A DNA stretch of 64,000 nucleotides from Octopus bimaculoides (lineage: Eukaryota). The position numbers and the translations under genes are program-made. The stretch covers positions 53,507,671 through 53,571,670 of the forward strand of contig NC_068986.1 in the NCBI RefSeq assembly GCF_001194135.2, given 5' to 3'. Below the pieces are notes generated by a model. It was given only the letters and a program-made list of their open reading frames with translations, had not been told where the DNA came from and searched no databases. Below, one piece after another: positions 41,101-53,820 of the stretch (position 1 is its first letter; every line of letters starts with the position of its first letter).

Positions 41101-43694
41101 AAGGATTTTCTTTCCTTCATTTGAACATTGTAATCAGTAAAAACTTTTCAGAACCTCATTATACAATTAGCTGTATGATAATGGGTAACAAGTACCACAT
41201 TCAAATTAATATCTAACTAGGAATAAGATTAAGTACAATCAACAGAAGCTAACTGAATGTCAGCATTTCATGTGCTATTATATTGGCATATGTGAGTTAT
41301 AACAAGTAAGCTTAGAAAGGTTGCACTGGTTCTGTACTTCTATCGTCAGTAGCATCCTACAATACAATGATGGTAGATATCTGAAATAGTATTTTATACC
41401 AAATTCTAACTCGTTACAACGGCAACAAACACACTATTTGCAAATATAAAACTAAAACAGCGTGATATGTATGTTTCTGAAACTGGCAATTTGATGAAAA
41501 CCAGAGGTTTAAAAAAGAACAAAACACATACACACACACTTCAGCGAGATCTGTATACAGAATAGCAAACAATGAACTTGATAATGTAAAACAATCAACT
41601 TTAATACTAAATCATTCACAGGATGAATGATATCAACATTTAACCAAATTTAGTTGTTCATTCTATAACCTTGTCAAAATAAAACAATAGTTGATATTTT
41701 AGCGACACTGAAAAACACAATCAAAATTTAAGCTATGGGTTCTTCAAACTTAAAAGCTAAATTCATTTCGCATGTCCTATGATCACTGAGATAGCACCAT
41801 GTATAAAAAATTATTTGGTTGTTTAAAATCCTTAAGGTAACATTTCACTTTATATTTCCCCTCATTCTACAACTGCACTGACTCTTCTACCCTTAAGGAT
41901 TTCCCTGGACCTATTCACATCTGCTTTTAATCTCTAAATCATCCTCAAATATATAAGAAAGAGTTAAAAGTAAATATTTCTTCCAAACTTATATACTAGA
42001 AAAAAAAAAAAAAAAAAAACCCCCCTAAACTTCATACTTCTGGAAAGGCACTCACTTTCTCCTGAAAGACAAATACGATTTTAAGACTTAGTTTCAAAGC
42101 TATAACAGTAATGATGCACTAAAATTACTCTGATGTGAAATAGTTGATTAAAAATTATAATTAATACAGAAGAGGTTGTCGTGTATCAAGGTCAAGTTCC
42201 ATATACAGGTTCAAACACCTAAGTAAATTGAATATTTTGTATGAAATATAAATTTTACTAAAGTTGAGGGCAAAAACATTTCATCCAAAGTGACAACTTG
42301 TACTAATTACAAAGTCTTTAAACAGTTTTTCAAAGTTAACTACATTACCACAGAGTACTATTTTATTACGAATTCAAAGTTTCAAAAAGTAGCATTTGTA
42401 TATTGAAATATTAAACTAAAATTCCTTCAGAGTATCTTGTACGCATGTTTTTATCGAGCAAAAACATAGGCGTTTTACGATTGAATGGATAGCATTAGAA
42501 ATGTAACTCTTGAGAAATAGCATATTTGCCAAATTCAAAGAAACGGGCAACCAAATTTGTGAATAAAAATATAAAAAGGGGGCCGTTTAATAAAATATTT
42601 ATCATTTTTGAAAACCGAATTACTTATATCAAAGCCCTTTTTCGAGTAATGTTAGCGAAATTAAATATCTTTAACGCTAATTTAAGTAAAAACTGAACAC
42701 TTTCTTGAGCCTCGTCTGTGATTTTATAAAGACATTCATTGGAATTTGTGAATTATAAGACGGAAATGAAAATGAGTGCTGAATCGACAGTAAATGTCTA
42801 ACAAACACCTAAGGAGTGTTTGAATTAATTTTTTCTTTTTGTATTTGCTTTTTTCTTAGAAAAATAAATAAAATCCAGAGACAAAATCTCAGAAAATAAA
42901 GGAAAATAGTTAGACTGAGTTATCTCAATGTGAAGTGTCGAGAAGCCGCCATGACACACACCTGACGTGGACAACGGATAGAAATGGATTGTGATGCTTA
43001 TACGTTAATGAAGCTATAACAAGTTATACTAATGACCTAGTTAAGTAAGGTATAAAGAAAAAAGAAATTGAAATACTAGCAAGACGTCAAGAAAAAAAAA
43101 AGAAAGGAGTGTTGTTCCTCCTTTATAACGCAGGACTTAAGCAGCTTCGTAAATGTGTCGTACTGAATGCAGAACAGTACAGACGAGTAATGAAGTGAAA
43201 GTCTAGCAGCAGCAGCAGATCCAATAACAATGCATTGCACAGATTTTACAACTAATAAAGAGTACAAACGATCAGTTGATTAGAATAGAATGATAATATA
43301 CTAAAAAGTATTCTGAGACTATGAAAGAGAGTGTATCAAAAAAGCTAACATACAGGTAGTTGTCACGTAAACAACCAATTATCAGAGACGCTAAAAATCA
43401 TTTAGTCCTTTAGCTGATGGAGGTGGTACTATTATAAAAAGAATTTACTTATTGGAAGGTAGTTATAAGCAAAATCAGAACAATCAACTAACATTAAGAG
43501 CGGTAGATGAGAGGTCGCTGGAAACACGAAAAAATAACAATCGATAACATAAAAGAATGCAATGAAATGACTGGTACAAATCGGCTGTTCGGCTCACATT
43601 TTAATAATACCGTACAGAAATCAATAACAAATAATTTAAATAAACAGAAAAGGGTCGAGACGAGTGTTCCTTTAGTTCCATCCTGTTGCTGGTA

Positions 43695-43706
43695 GCCACC
43701 TAGTGA
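43695..43706 (-). promoter_or_regulatory. CTCF-like motif in intron 1
   Basis: Minus strand TCACTAGGTGGC matches 11/12 positions of the CCASYAGRKGGC core and lies in the CpG-retaining promoter-proximal intron. Motif match only. Confidence 0.25.
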
Positions 43707-45183
43707 CGGGAAAAAGCAACAAGTCATCACATCGACAAGAGAACACGCCCCCAATCAACAATAATAAAACAGAAACAACAATAATTTGACCTCTAAAAAC
43801 CCCAACAGATGCGTGTTTGCAAAACTGGCGAAAGAGCTCAATCATCATATTAGATATAGATCGACAAGTCTCAACAGCCTTCTTGAAATCAAAGCTGAAA
43901 TGGAATTTACTATATTCAAACCATTCATAATATCAAACGATCTAGAACAAGCTACACGGCTCAATAAAAATAAAATCATAACAATCAATCAACCTCAAGA
44001 CAATTCTGAGCAGATTAATACTTCTGCAAGAGATAATTACCAAAGAATTTTAAATAACCAACCATAAGATTCAATGTCTTGAAAGTGATATTTAGTACGG
44101 CTGTTGATCAACTTAAATTTCATCATGTCAATCAGAACTAAATTCAACTCGGATAACAAATTCATTAAATATAATGGTGATAAGGTAAAATTTGAGACTG
44201 ACACAACAATTTCACTGACATCATTTGTATATAAAATGTGGTTTATATTAAACAGTTACGCAAAAATAGTTCCGATTTTTTGAATAGATCATCGATAAAT
44301 TATCAAATCGTGTTGTAAATAGCAGCTGGTGTTATATATATATAAGACACGCACACAGCTCTTTTAGTTAAAGTCATGAGGCAGAAAGAGTATATTAATT
44401 AGAAACACTAACATATTTAATGTGGGTGTAGCGAAGTTGAATCACCCACTTGTGAAGGAGTGTGTTTTTCTTAAAAATTTCTATAGAACAAATTATTCTT
44501 CAACGGCACAAAATCTATAGAATCCAATGAAAAGTTGTGAAACGAAAACAGTAAATAATGATATTTATGTAAAAGTCGCTGAACGATGCTAGAGTAAGAA
44601 GACAGCGAAAAGGTAAATCGTCAAAAGAATATATAAATATATATGTGTGTGTATATATATATATATATACAAGAGAAAAACATCACGCCATAAAGCATGA
44701 GTAATAGATAAGGTAGCAGTGCTAGGAGATTTAACGTGCGTGGTGGCACATAGGGGGGCGTATCTCATACACAATCCACATTAAGCTATTAATAATTAAT
44801 ATTCGATTTAAATAGATCTCTCATTGAAGTAGTTTTTATTTAAACATCACATTGCAATAAAAATATGCAGAAATAAAAGACGTGTGCGATGAATGTCAAA
44901 TAAAAATCATTTACCGAGACTTACAAAGTGGTCGAGAAAAGAGGGTCCTACTTAAATTAGGCAATAAACAGCTGGCTAATCCCTCACTTAGAGACCATCT
45001 AGCATCGTATTAGAATAATTTGTTCAACATCACAACAAAATTAAAACCTAATAATCTTGCACTACTGGTAAGTAAAGCGTTTTTTAATTGCTGTAGTAAG
45101 TATAAAATTTATGTCAAAACTTTCGGTAAATATGTTTAAAATTCTTAAAAACAAAATGACTTAACTAGCCATGCGCACACCCC

Positions 45184-45224
<41 letters not shown>

Positions 45225-46699
45225 GGAGAGAGAGAGATCGTAGCCGATTTTGAATTTCTGAATGAATGCAAAATGTTCATACAATAATCATATATTTTGT
45301 TTGTAACTGTAGTGGTGCGATGTGGGTATGTAATGGAAATTAAATGAGATGAACTGAATGAATGAAACGTGTGCGATTTCAGGTAGCAAAACAGTCAGAT
45401 TTAACAACTGTTACATTTCCAGATCACAAGATGCAAGCACAAAACATATTTCTTCAGATGCAGATGATAGAACAATAATAATAATGATGATTTCTACTAG
45501 GAATACTGCCACACATTTGGGGNNNNNNNNNNNNNNNNNNNNNNNNNNNNNNNNNNNNNNNNNNNGGGGGGGGGGGTCAGAGGAATAAATATTTAACTCT
45601 TATTCAATCCGTTCTACTTCTCATATTTTACCGATTTCAGAAAGATAAACGGCATAGACCGCAGCAGGATTCGAACTCAAAATGTAAAGGGACATAACAC
45701 ACAAGGACTATTTGTCAGTTGTTCTACCGAATCTGCCACCCACCGAACTGACAATATGTGATAATCTAAATTTATTGATCCAATCCAAACGAATTTAGTT
45801 AATAATATTAATTCTGTGGTTAACAAACGACTCCAGTTTCAACATCAATTTGTCAGCTCGGACATTGTGAATACTGTGGAATATCCCTATTTCGTTTAGG
45901 TGCGAGATATGGTCAGATATTGTCACTTTTCTTTAAAAGAATAAGCTTATAATAAAAGCAAAAGACGGAAAAGGGATGCCGGCGGGGAGAGCGGAAATGA
46001 CTATATATAAAATTATACACACACATATGTATGAGGGAGGTAAGGCAATGATACGCTTCCCTGAATATCAATAAACATATATACATATATATATATATAT
46101 ACCAAAAATGAGGTGTATATTTCAAATAAAATAAATTAGAGTTATCAGTTGAAGATTCAAGATTTTAAAAATATTTTTATTAGATTATGTAATGAAAATT
46201 TTAAAATATGACCTTATTTCAAAAGAACCAAATAAAACTATTGTTTGAAAATCTTTTCAACGCCCCCTTTTTTTTTTCTTAACTTCCTCGATATTTTTTT
46301 TTATTACACTGAAATAATACATAAATCGGAAATATATTTTCTACCTTAAATATTAAAATTAATTATTTGAATATCAACAAGTATTGATAATACGACATAG
46401 TTTAGTGGTGTGTGTGTGTGTGTGTGTCGAAGTAAGCAAAGCTTTGTATATTATATTAGGTTGAAAAATAAATCATGATTATAAACTAGAAGCCAAGAAC
46501 AAACTAATAAATATATTTAATGAATGTACCATAATAAATACACGATCGCAATACCAGGAAGAAGTATATATACATTTCTTTGGTGTTAGAAAAGGCTGTG
46601 TACAGCTTTAGTCAGACATTTTTTTCGCCTGGCCGCCCCCTTTCTTGAATTTTGCGGTGGTATGAAAAATGCCAGTTTCAATTAAACAAGAGAACCTAC

Positions 46700-46744
46700 C
46701 TGTAAATGCTCTTGAAAACGTATTGGAAGCAATTGAGTCGCCAT
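46700..46744 (-). CDS. CLTC: Clathrin heavy chain, coding exon 1
   Basis: Minus strand reads ATG GCG ACT CAA TTG CTT CCA ATA CGT TTT CAA GAG CAT TTA CAG | GTAGGT = MATQLLPIRFQEHLQ, matching the clathrin heavy chain N-terminus (human MAQILPIRFQEHLQ). The phase-0 intron sits at the same position as in human CLTC. Confidence 0.95.
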
Positions 46745-47200
46745 CTTCCAATTCGCCGATAGTTATTTAGTATGTTTCCAATGCACCAGATCCTGAAAGG
46801 TGTGAAATCTTTAACGCAGAGAACTGTCCACCGGCGCCTCACTCCTCCTGGACCGTGCTTCCGTGTGACTTAAGATGGCGCCCACCGGACGAGTGGAAGG
46901 TTTCGACGAGAAATAGTTCGCAGGCTCTTTATTTTTATCTCCACTGAAATATATAAACCGTTTTCGGAGGAGAAGTAAAATCAAACCCAAACCCAACCGC
47001 AGATTTCACAAAAAAAACATCAAAAGAAATCACCAAGGAGATGTTGTCAGGAGTTCATTTATAATTTGTGACCAAAGCAACGACAAGTAAATGGTATCTC
47101 TTCGTGTGGGAACTATTTTGCGCTGCGTAAATTGTCCTCCTCCTTCTACTCCTCCGTCATCGCCACCACTAACTAGAACGATGACGCTAACATAGTATAT
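46745..47200 (-). promoter_or_regulatory. 5' UTR / core promoter region of clathrin heavy chain
   Basis: Locally GC- and CpG-rich, repeat-free segment directly upstream of the ATG. YY1-type AAGATGGCG motifs at 46739-46747 (minus, overlapping the ATG) and 46872-46880 (plus). TSS not determinable. Confidence 0.55.
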
Positions 47201-49234
47201 AGGAGTGAATATGAGAGAGAGAGAGGCAGACAGAATGTCTATAAGGGGAGGTAGTAAAGAAGAGATTTGCCAAAGCAGGCAACTTTGACATTCATAGTGG
47301 TTTCTTGGGTGTAGGAGTAATATTAATGAATGGGTCGATATATAATACATTCCATAGGAACACGAAGACGATCAGTTAGAATGTTGGTGGTCCAATGTGA
47401 TGTGGTACTGTTCGATCTTTCAGAAATGATAGCTCGTTTTCTCCCAATTTAGATAGTTTTTAGGTAACTAACGAGGAGGGAGAATAAAGCAATTATGTAA
47501 ATATATATTATAAATGTATACAAGTTTTGATGTTCAATCTATCTCGTATTATTTATATNNNNNNNNNNATATATAAATATGTATATATATAAATTGTATG
47601 TGTGTATAGTGCAAAATAGAAAATAGACTACATTCTACATTAGGTTAAGATTTGAACCTGTTGTTCAGGTGCAAATACATTATGACAGTATAAAAACCAC
47701 CTGATATTTATAATCAATACTGGTAGTCTGTTTACTCTTCCTTGTCTATCGACACATTAACTTACCTCATTTCGAAGTTTAATCACCTCAATGGCTTCGA
47801 TTCGAATTTTAATTTGCACCAACACCGTTGGTGTGTTGGTTCGTTTTCCACACTGAGAATATTGTTTACTTACCCTGTGGTGCATTTATTTCGAAGGAAA
47901 CCTGCTCACCTCATTCCCCCTTTAAACAAATTTTTTTTTTTTTTTCCTTTCAGGTATTTCTTTTTCGTAATTATTTTCCTGAGACAACACAGAATGAAAT
48001 AAATTTATTTGCTATAATTTTTCATATTTATTGATAATAAAAAGAAAATCCTAACTCTTATTTTTGAGAGAAATCGTTCAATGAATAGGTAGGAAGTCAT
48101 TTTATTTTTCAAATATTTTTTTTAAATCATTTACCAAGCGGTTCATTGAATAGTTCTCTATTGTACACGTGTAAAGAAAACTTGCGAAACTGGGCATGCA
48201 TATGTTTGATCGTAAATTACTTTTATTAATACACGCGTACATTTCCAGATAGACGCAAGCACAGGTACGTACGTTTCTAACTGCGCGTATATTTTGTATA
48301 ACGATAATATTATTTACAAAAGCCCTACCTGAAAAACAACTCATAAATGGAGTGGGTGATACAAGAAGTGTAAGACATGGGCAGATAACCTATGTCTACC
48401 TGTTTATTACGTTGGAAGAAAATTCTGAGAAATGTAAGGATTCAGGAAAATTAGTATAACACGGGTCAAGGCTGAATCAAATAATTACACTTCTGTTGCT
48501 TAAAGGTAGGATTAGACACCATTACTACAAACATATTATACGTATATAATAATAATAATAATAATAATAACAACAATACTTAAAATAATAGTAACACTAC
48601 TTTAAATAATAATAATAATTATTATTATTATTATTGCTACAAACAATGTATCATCAATAGTGATGTAAACCACCCTTTGAAAAATCAATACACAAAGTGT
48701 GTGTGTAGACTGGGACTGTTTTCAAATGATCCGAAAGTTGTTAATCATTATCTCCCCTACCTATAAACGTCACATTTTATCATCATTTTAATAGTTGTGA
48801 TTATTTAACCATGCTACAAGTTGCAGTATACTACGAAGTATTTTCCTGGGAAAATATGTTTTCACGGCTGAGATCAAAAATGTAAGAAAAAAAATTAAAT
48901 CACTTTAAAGCAAATTTCATTTTTGCTTACGTGTATTTCAATTTCAGAACATAAGGGGAGATAATCTGTAAGAAAATTGAAAAATTTGAAAACATGTTCC
49001 CTACATGACATATTTTCTTATCCCTCCCTCACTATCAATCTGTCTCTCTGCAGAGAGAGAGAGAGAGTATGTGTGTTTATACATATATATATATATATCG
49101 TCGTTGTAACGTCAACTTTTCCATGCTTGCATGGGTCTCAGAGCAAGACATATCTTCACAGAATATTAGAAAAAGAGAGACACTGCTTGTATGACAGTGG
49201 CTCTTATTTCAGCTGTCACGCGCTGGCAAGGTAA

Positions 49235-49268
<34 letters not shown>

Positions 49269-50086
49269 TGGGCGAATATCTTCTTCTATAGCCTCAAGCC
49301 AACCAAAGCTTATGAGGGGATTTTGTAGATGGAAACTGAAAAGAGGTCATATGTATGTGTGTGTGTGCGTGCGTATTTGTGTCAGTGTTTGTCTCTCATC
49401 ACCACTTGACAACCGGTGTTGGTGTGTTTATGTCCTCATAACTTAGTAGTTTGGCAAAAGAGGCTGGTAGAATAAGTGCCAGGAATAAAAAGTAAGTACT
49501 GGGGTTGATTCCTTCAACCAAAAATTTCTCGAAGGTAATGCCCCAGCATGGTTGCAGTTTAATGACTGAAACAAAAATAGAAATAAAAAGATGAAAGATA
49601 CTTTTAAAAAAAAGGAATACTAGTGGAATATTCCCATAAAAACAGCAACCCAGCATAAATACAACTGGTCATATATTATTGTAATGGCACAGGGAACAAT
49701 AATGATGTCCTTTTTTTTTTGAGATTGCTACTTGACAGATGTGAATGTCTCATAAAATATTGGGCAAAAGGAAAACATCTATGGTGAGCTAGTGAGAAGC
49801 CTACAACCCTTATGTGTTTAGATTTTCATTTGTTCCTATTATCAGAAGCACACTGGGCTACATCACAAAAGCCAACATAAAAAAAAACAAACAAACAAGA
49901 AAGGCTAGGATTCTCCAAAAATGACTGATTCACATTCTCCAAGTACTGTTGATTAGAAGTTCAGTCAAGATATGTGAAATATTTCAGGGGTTCTCCATTG
50001 GAGGTTCCTGGGAGAACATAAGACACCATCACATGTACATATGGAATACACACACACACACACGCACAACAGACATACATATATAT

Positions 50087-50445
50087 CTCTTTTACTCTTT
50101 TACTTGTTTCAGTCATTTGAGTGCGGCCATGCTGGAGCACCGCCTTTAGTCGAACAAATCGACCCCAGGACTTATTCTTTGTAAGCCTAGTACTTATTCT
50201 ATCAGTCTCTTTTGCCGAAACGCTAAGTTACGGGGACGTAAACACACCAGCAACGGTTGTCAAGCGAAGTTGGGGGGACAAATACAGATACACAAACATA
50301 TACACACACATACATATATACATATATACGACGGGCTTCTTTCAGTTTCCATCTACCAAATCCACTCACAAGGCTTTGGTCGGCCCGAGGCTATAGTAGA
50401 AAACACTTGCCCAAGGTGCCACGCAGTGGAACTGAACCCGAAACC
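50087..50445 (-). mobile_element. tRNA-derived SINE family A, young copy (CpGs retained, head truncated)
   Basis: ctcttttactcttttacttgtttcagtc...ggctttggtcggcccgaggctatagtag...ccaaggtgccacgcagtgg. Diverged homologues at about 11470-11615, 16430-16580, 19520-19710, 32780-32950, 39150-39430, 40120-40280, 60385-60590 (minus) and 49270-49590, 53860-54060, 60880-61070 (plus). Confidence 0.85.
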
Positions 50446-51594
50446 CCCAAGGGCTGTGTTGATTTAAACAACAGAGCCATGTCACTTTGTGATTGGCTTG
50501 AATTCTGTAAAGGAGAAAATTTGAATACATAACAAACAAAGAAGCATACATACATACATACGTACATACATGCATAATACATTTATTTATATGTATATAT
50601 GCACAAAGTCTGAGCAATAAGTAAAACAAATGAAACATGAATTTCTGTTCAATGTACAAAAAAAAAAAGAAAAGAAAATGTTCAAATGGAGTACAATGAA
50701 CAAAGATAAAAAGTGCTTAATCAAAGTTTATAATGTTAAATCATAATTATTTGCATTAAAAAAAAACTCATAATGAAATATAAAATCTTGGATAAGTGGA
50801 CAGATGAAATTTTTTATGACTTACAAAATTTTTAACTCAGTCCACCAGCTATTTGTGACACCAGTAATTTGTTAATCACTGTTTTTCTATATTAGTAGAG
50901 GCTAAATTTTTTAAAGCAATACTTGCTACTGATGATGAGCAAAAATGCAGAAATCTAGATTTAGTAGCCCTATCACCATGGCTGGATGCTTTTCGTCTAC
51001 TACTTCCGTGCTTTATAGGATTATTCATCTATATGAGAAGCTTTCTCAAGATGAATACCACAGTATTGTGGTTTTCTATTAGTATGTCCACATTAAGCAA
51101 GATAAACAGAATGCTACTCTGAACCAATACTGCTACTGTTACCTATGGTGACTTTTTATCTTGTCTGCCAGCTATTTACAACACCAGTGATTTGTTAATC
51201 ACTGTTTTTCTATATCAGTAGAGGATGAATTTGTCTAAGCATGTGGTTTATAGTGAATACTTACTATTGATGATGCACAATTATACTGATATCTTAATTA
51301 TTTAAGTGATTTAATTATTCTGCCACTGTTGGACACCTTTCCTCTGTTGCTGATACTTCTGTGCCTTTTAGCGCAAGATGTCTGTATGAGATGCTTTCTC
51401 AAGAGGAACACTCCAGTTTTGTGGTTTCTACAGAATATCCAGGTTAAGAAAGATATAGAGAAAGCCTTTGCTGCAATGTGGTTAGATGAGTGAGTACTAT
51501 GCAGATATATCTTGAGAAGGCCAGTGGGTTAGTATAGAATGAAAACTGTAGTGTATGTCCTTCAGCTTTGAAAATCAGGGACAGCATTCATCAT

Positions 51595-51850
51595 CATCAT
51601 CATAATTTAGCAGCCGTTTTTTTTCATGCTGGCATGGGTTGGTGGTTTTGACAAGAGCTGGTCAGCTAAAAAGTTGCTTGCACTCCATTTGTCTGTTTTG
51701 GCATGGTTTCTATGGCTGGAAGCTCTTCCTAATGCCAACCACTTCATAGAGTGTACTGAGTGCTTTTACGCAACACTGACATGGGTGCTTTTTACATGGC
51801 ACCAGCACTCATGGGCCTGCAAGATTAGCATTATTCAGCTGAAGTGGGAT
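51595..51850 (-). mobile_element. RTE-3'UTR-like repeat (reverse)
   Basis: catcatcatcat...catgctggcatgggtt...ttcctaatgccaacc, same family as 11185-11470. Confidence 0.7.
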
Positions 51851-52420
51851 GTGGGGGACATATTGTGTTTGTGAAAAGACTACTGGAAGTAGATCCAAAA
51901 ATAGTAACTGGAAACTGGAATTGAGTTGTAATTGAAGCTAAGGTTTTGTTCAGTAAATACTTTTGGAATATCTGAATATGAATAATTCAGTGGGTTTTTT
52001 TTTAAATCTTAAAATTTTTCTTGTATATCCATTACGTATTGTAAAAAACAAAATAGAAATGGTTATATAGAGGTATTCCAGTAGTGACAATCCAATTAAT
52101 ATATTTATGATATGCATGCAATATATCATCATCGCCATTGTTTTAATTCCATGTTCTCAATGGTCAGACAGAATTTATTGAGGTGGATGCCCTTCCTGTT
52201 GCCAACCCTCACCTGTTTCCAAGTGAGGTAATATTTTTCCATGGCCAGACATGTTTTCACAGAAGATTGGAAATGAAAGACACTGCTTGCATGACACTGG
52301 CAATCATCTTACAACTTTTATATGATGTCAAAGCAAGGAAATAGTGACACATACCCTCACACATACACACTATTCTCTCTCTCTCTCTCTCTCTCTCTCA
52401 TACTCACACACAAACATATG

Positions 52421-52590
52421 TGACAGGCTTCTTTCAGTTTCCATCTACCAAATCCACTCACAAGGATCTGGTCGGCCTGCAGCTATATAGTAGAAGACAC
52501 TTGCCTAAGGTTCAGCCCCACTATGTGGGCTGAACCTGGGACCATGTGGTTGGTAAGCAAGCTACTTACCACACAGCCACTCCTGCACCT
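52421..52590 (-). mobile_element. SINE family A head fragment
   Basis: Reverse complement of aggtgcaggagtggctgtgtggtaagtagcttgcttaccaaccacatgg. Confidence 0.8.
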
Positions 52591-52778
52591 ACTTATATAA
52601 ACTATGTATTGGTGTGCAATATATAAAAATAGGGTGAAATTATGCAATAAGAATATTCCTCTATAACTTTTTATTTTTATTTTTGTTAGAAATTTTCTTT
52701 GGATTCCCAAATCTTGGAGTTTATGATTTGGGAAAAAATATTCACAAATTTAATTTAAACTCAATTCTTTACAATACG

Positions 52779-52875
52779 CCCCAAACCCTAACTCTAAACT
52801 CTAAACCTTCACTCTAACTCTAATCCCAAACTCTTACCCTGAATCTAAATCCTAAACCCTAACCCATGATCCCTA
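52779..52875 (+). repeat. Degenerate (CCCTAA)n telomere-like array running into a gap
   Basis: Variants ccctaa, ctctaa, cctaaa, ccctga, continuing to the N-run at 52876. Confidence 0.7.
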
Positions 52876-53468
52876 NNNNNNNNNNNNNNNNNNNNNNNNN
52901 NNNNNNNNNNNNNNNNNNNNNNNNNNNNNNNNNNNNNNNNNNNNNNNNNNNNNNNNNNNNNNNNNNNNNNNNNNNNNNNNNNNNNNNNNNNNNNNNNNNN
53001 NNNNNNNNNNNNNNNNNNNNNNNNNNNNNNNNNNNNNNNNNNNNNNNNNNNNNNNNNNNNNNNNNNNNNNNNNNNNNNNNNNNNNNNNNNNNNNNNNNNN
53101 NNNNNNNNNNNNNNNNNNNNNNNNNNNNNNNNNNNNNNNNNNNNNNNNNNNNNNNNNNNNNNNNNNNNNNNNNNNNNNNNNNNNNNNNNNNNNNNNNNNN
53201 NNNNNNNNNNNNNNNNNNNNNNNNNNNNNNNNNNNNNNNNNNNNNNNNNNNNNNNNNNNNNNNNNNNNNNNNNNNNNNNNNNNNNNNNNNNNNNNNNNNN
53301 NNNNNNNNNNNNNNNNNNNNNNNNNNNNNNNNNNNNNNNNNNNNNNNNNNNNNNNNNNNNNNNNNNNNNNNNNNNNNNNNNNNNNNNNNNNNNNNNNNNN
53401 NNNNNNNCTCTTCCCATGGACCGCAAATTAAATTTGTATACACAAATTAAACCTGTACCATGGAGGAA

Positions 53469-53820
53469 TGTAGTGGCGGACAAAAAAACAAGACAGGAAA
53501 ACAAACGGAAAAGAAAACAAGACAGGAAAATAAATGGAAAAGGCTATACGGCCAGACGTGAAAAATTATGTGTATATGAACGCTGTGAGGCACGAACTTG
53601 AAAGTGGGGACGAAGTAAGTTCACGTCTTTGCTTGGCGATAGCCAAGGAAGAAAAGGATTAGTGACCACAAGCATGTGACCATGCAGTGGTAAGGGAGAG
53701 AGAGAGTGGTAGAGGGAGAAACAAAGGAAGGAAGTAGAAGAATAGGTGAGCAACGAGAGAAAGAGAGGAATATAGTAGTACAGAAGGAAGTACGAGGGGG
53801 GAAAGAGAGAGATATAGTAG
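53469..53820. mobile_element. Unclassified CpG-retaining repeat, LTR-like terminus
   Basis: Begins TGTAGTGG (minus strand ends CCACTACA, as many LTR ends do) and has an internal ~28-bp direct duplication aacaagacaggaaaa..gaaaag. The other terminus was not found. Confidence 0.3.

Larger units (their letters stand above)
1..46744 (-). other. CLTC: Clathrin heavy chain gene body (partial; continues beyond position 1)
   Basis: Exons 1 and 2 are collinear on the minus strand and intron 1 is ~25.7 kb. No exon-3 sequence (AGKTLQIFNIEMKSK) was seen in 1-20747, though it could be in gap 8001-8609 or 11616-12364. Confidence 0.85.

Noticed and set aside
43786-44067. 93-aa plus-strand ORF in intron 1
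   Set aside because: TTG start, N/I/Q-rich composition expected from A-rich DNA, no recognisable family.
44745-44762. Second CTCF-like motif (cacataggggggcg)
   Set aside because: The 5' half and G-run spacing do not fit the consensus.
46875-46916. Short plus-strand ORF MAPTGRVEGFDEK after AAGATGGCG
   Set aside because: Stops after 13 codons with no convincing donor before the stop; treated as a YY1 motif, not a CDS.
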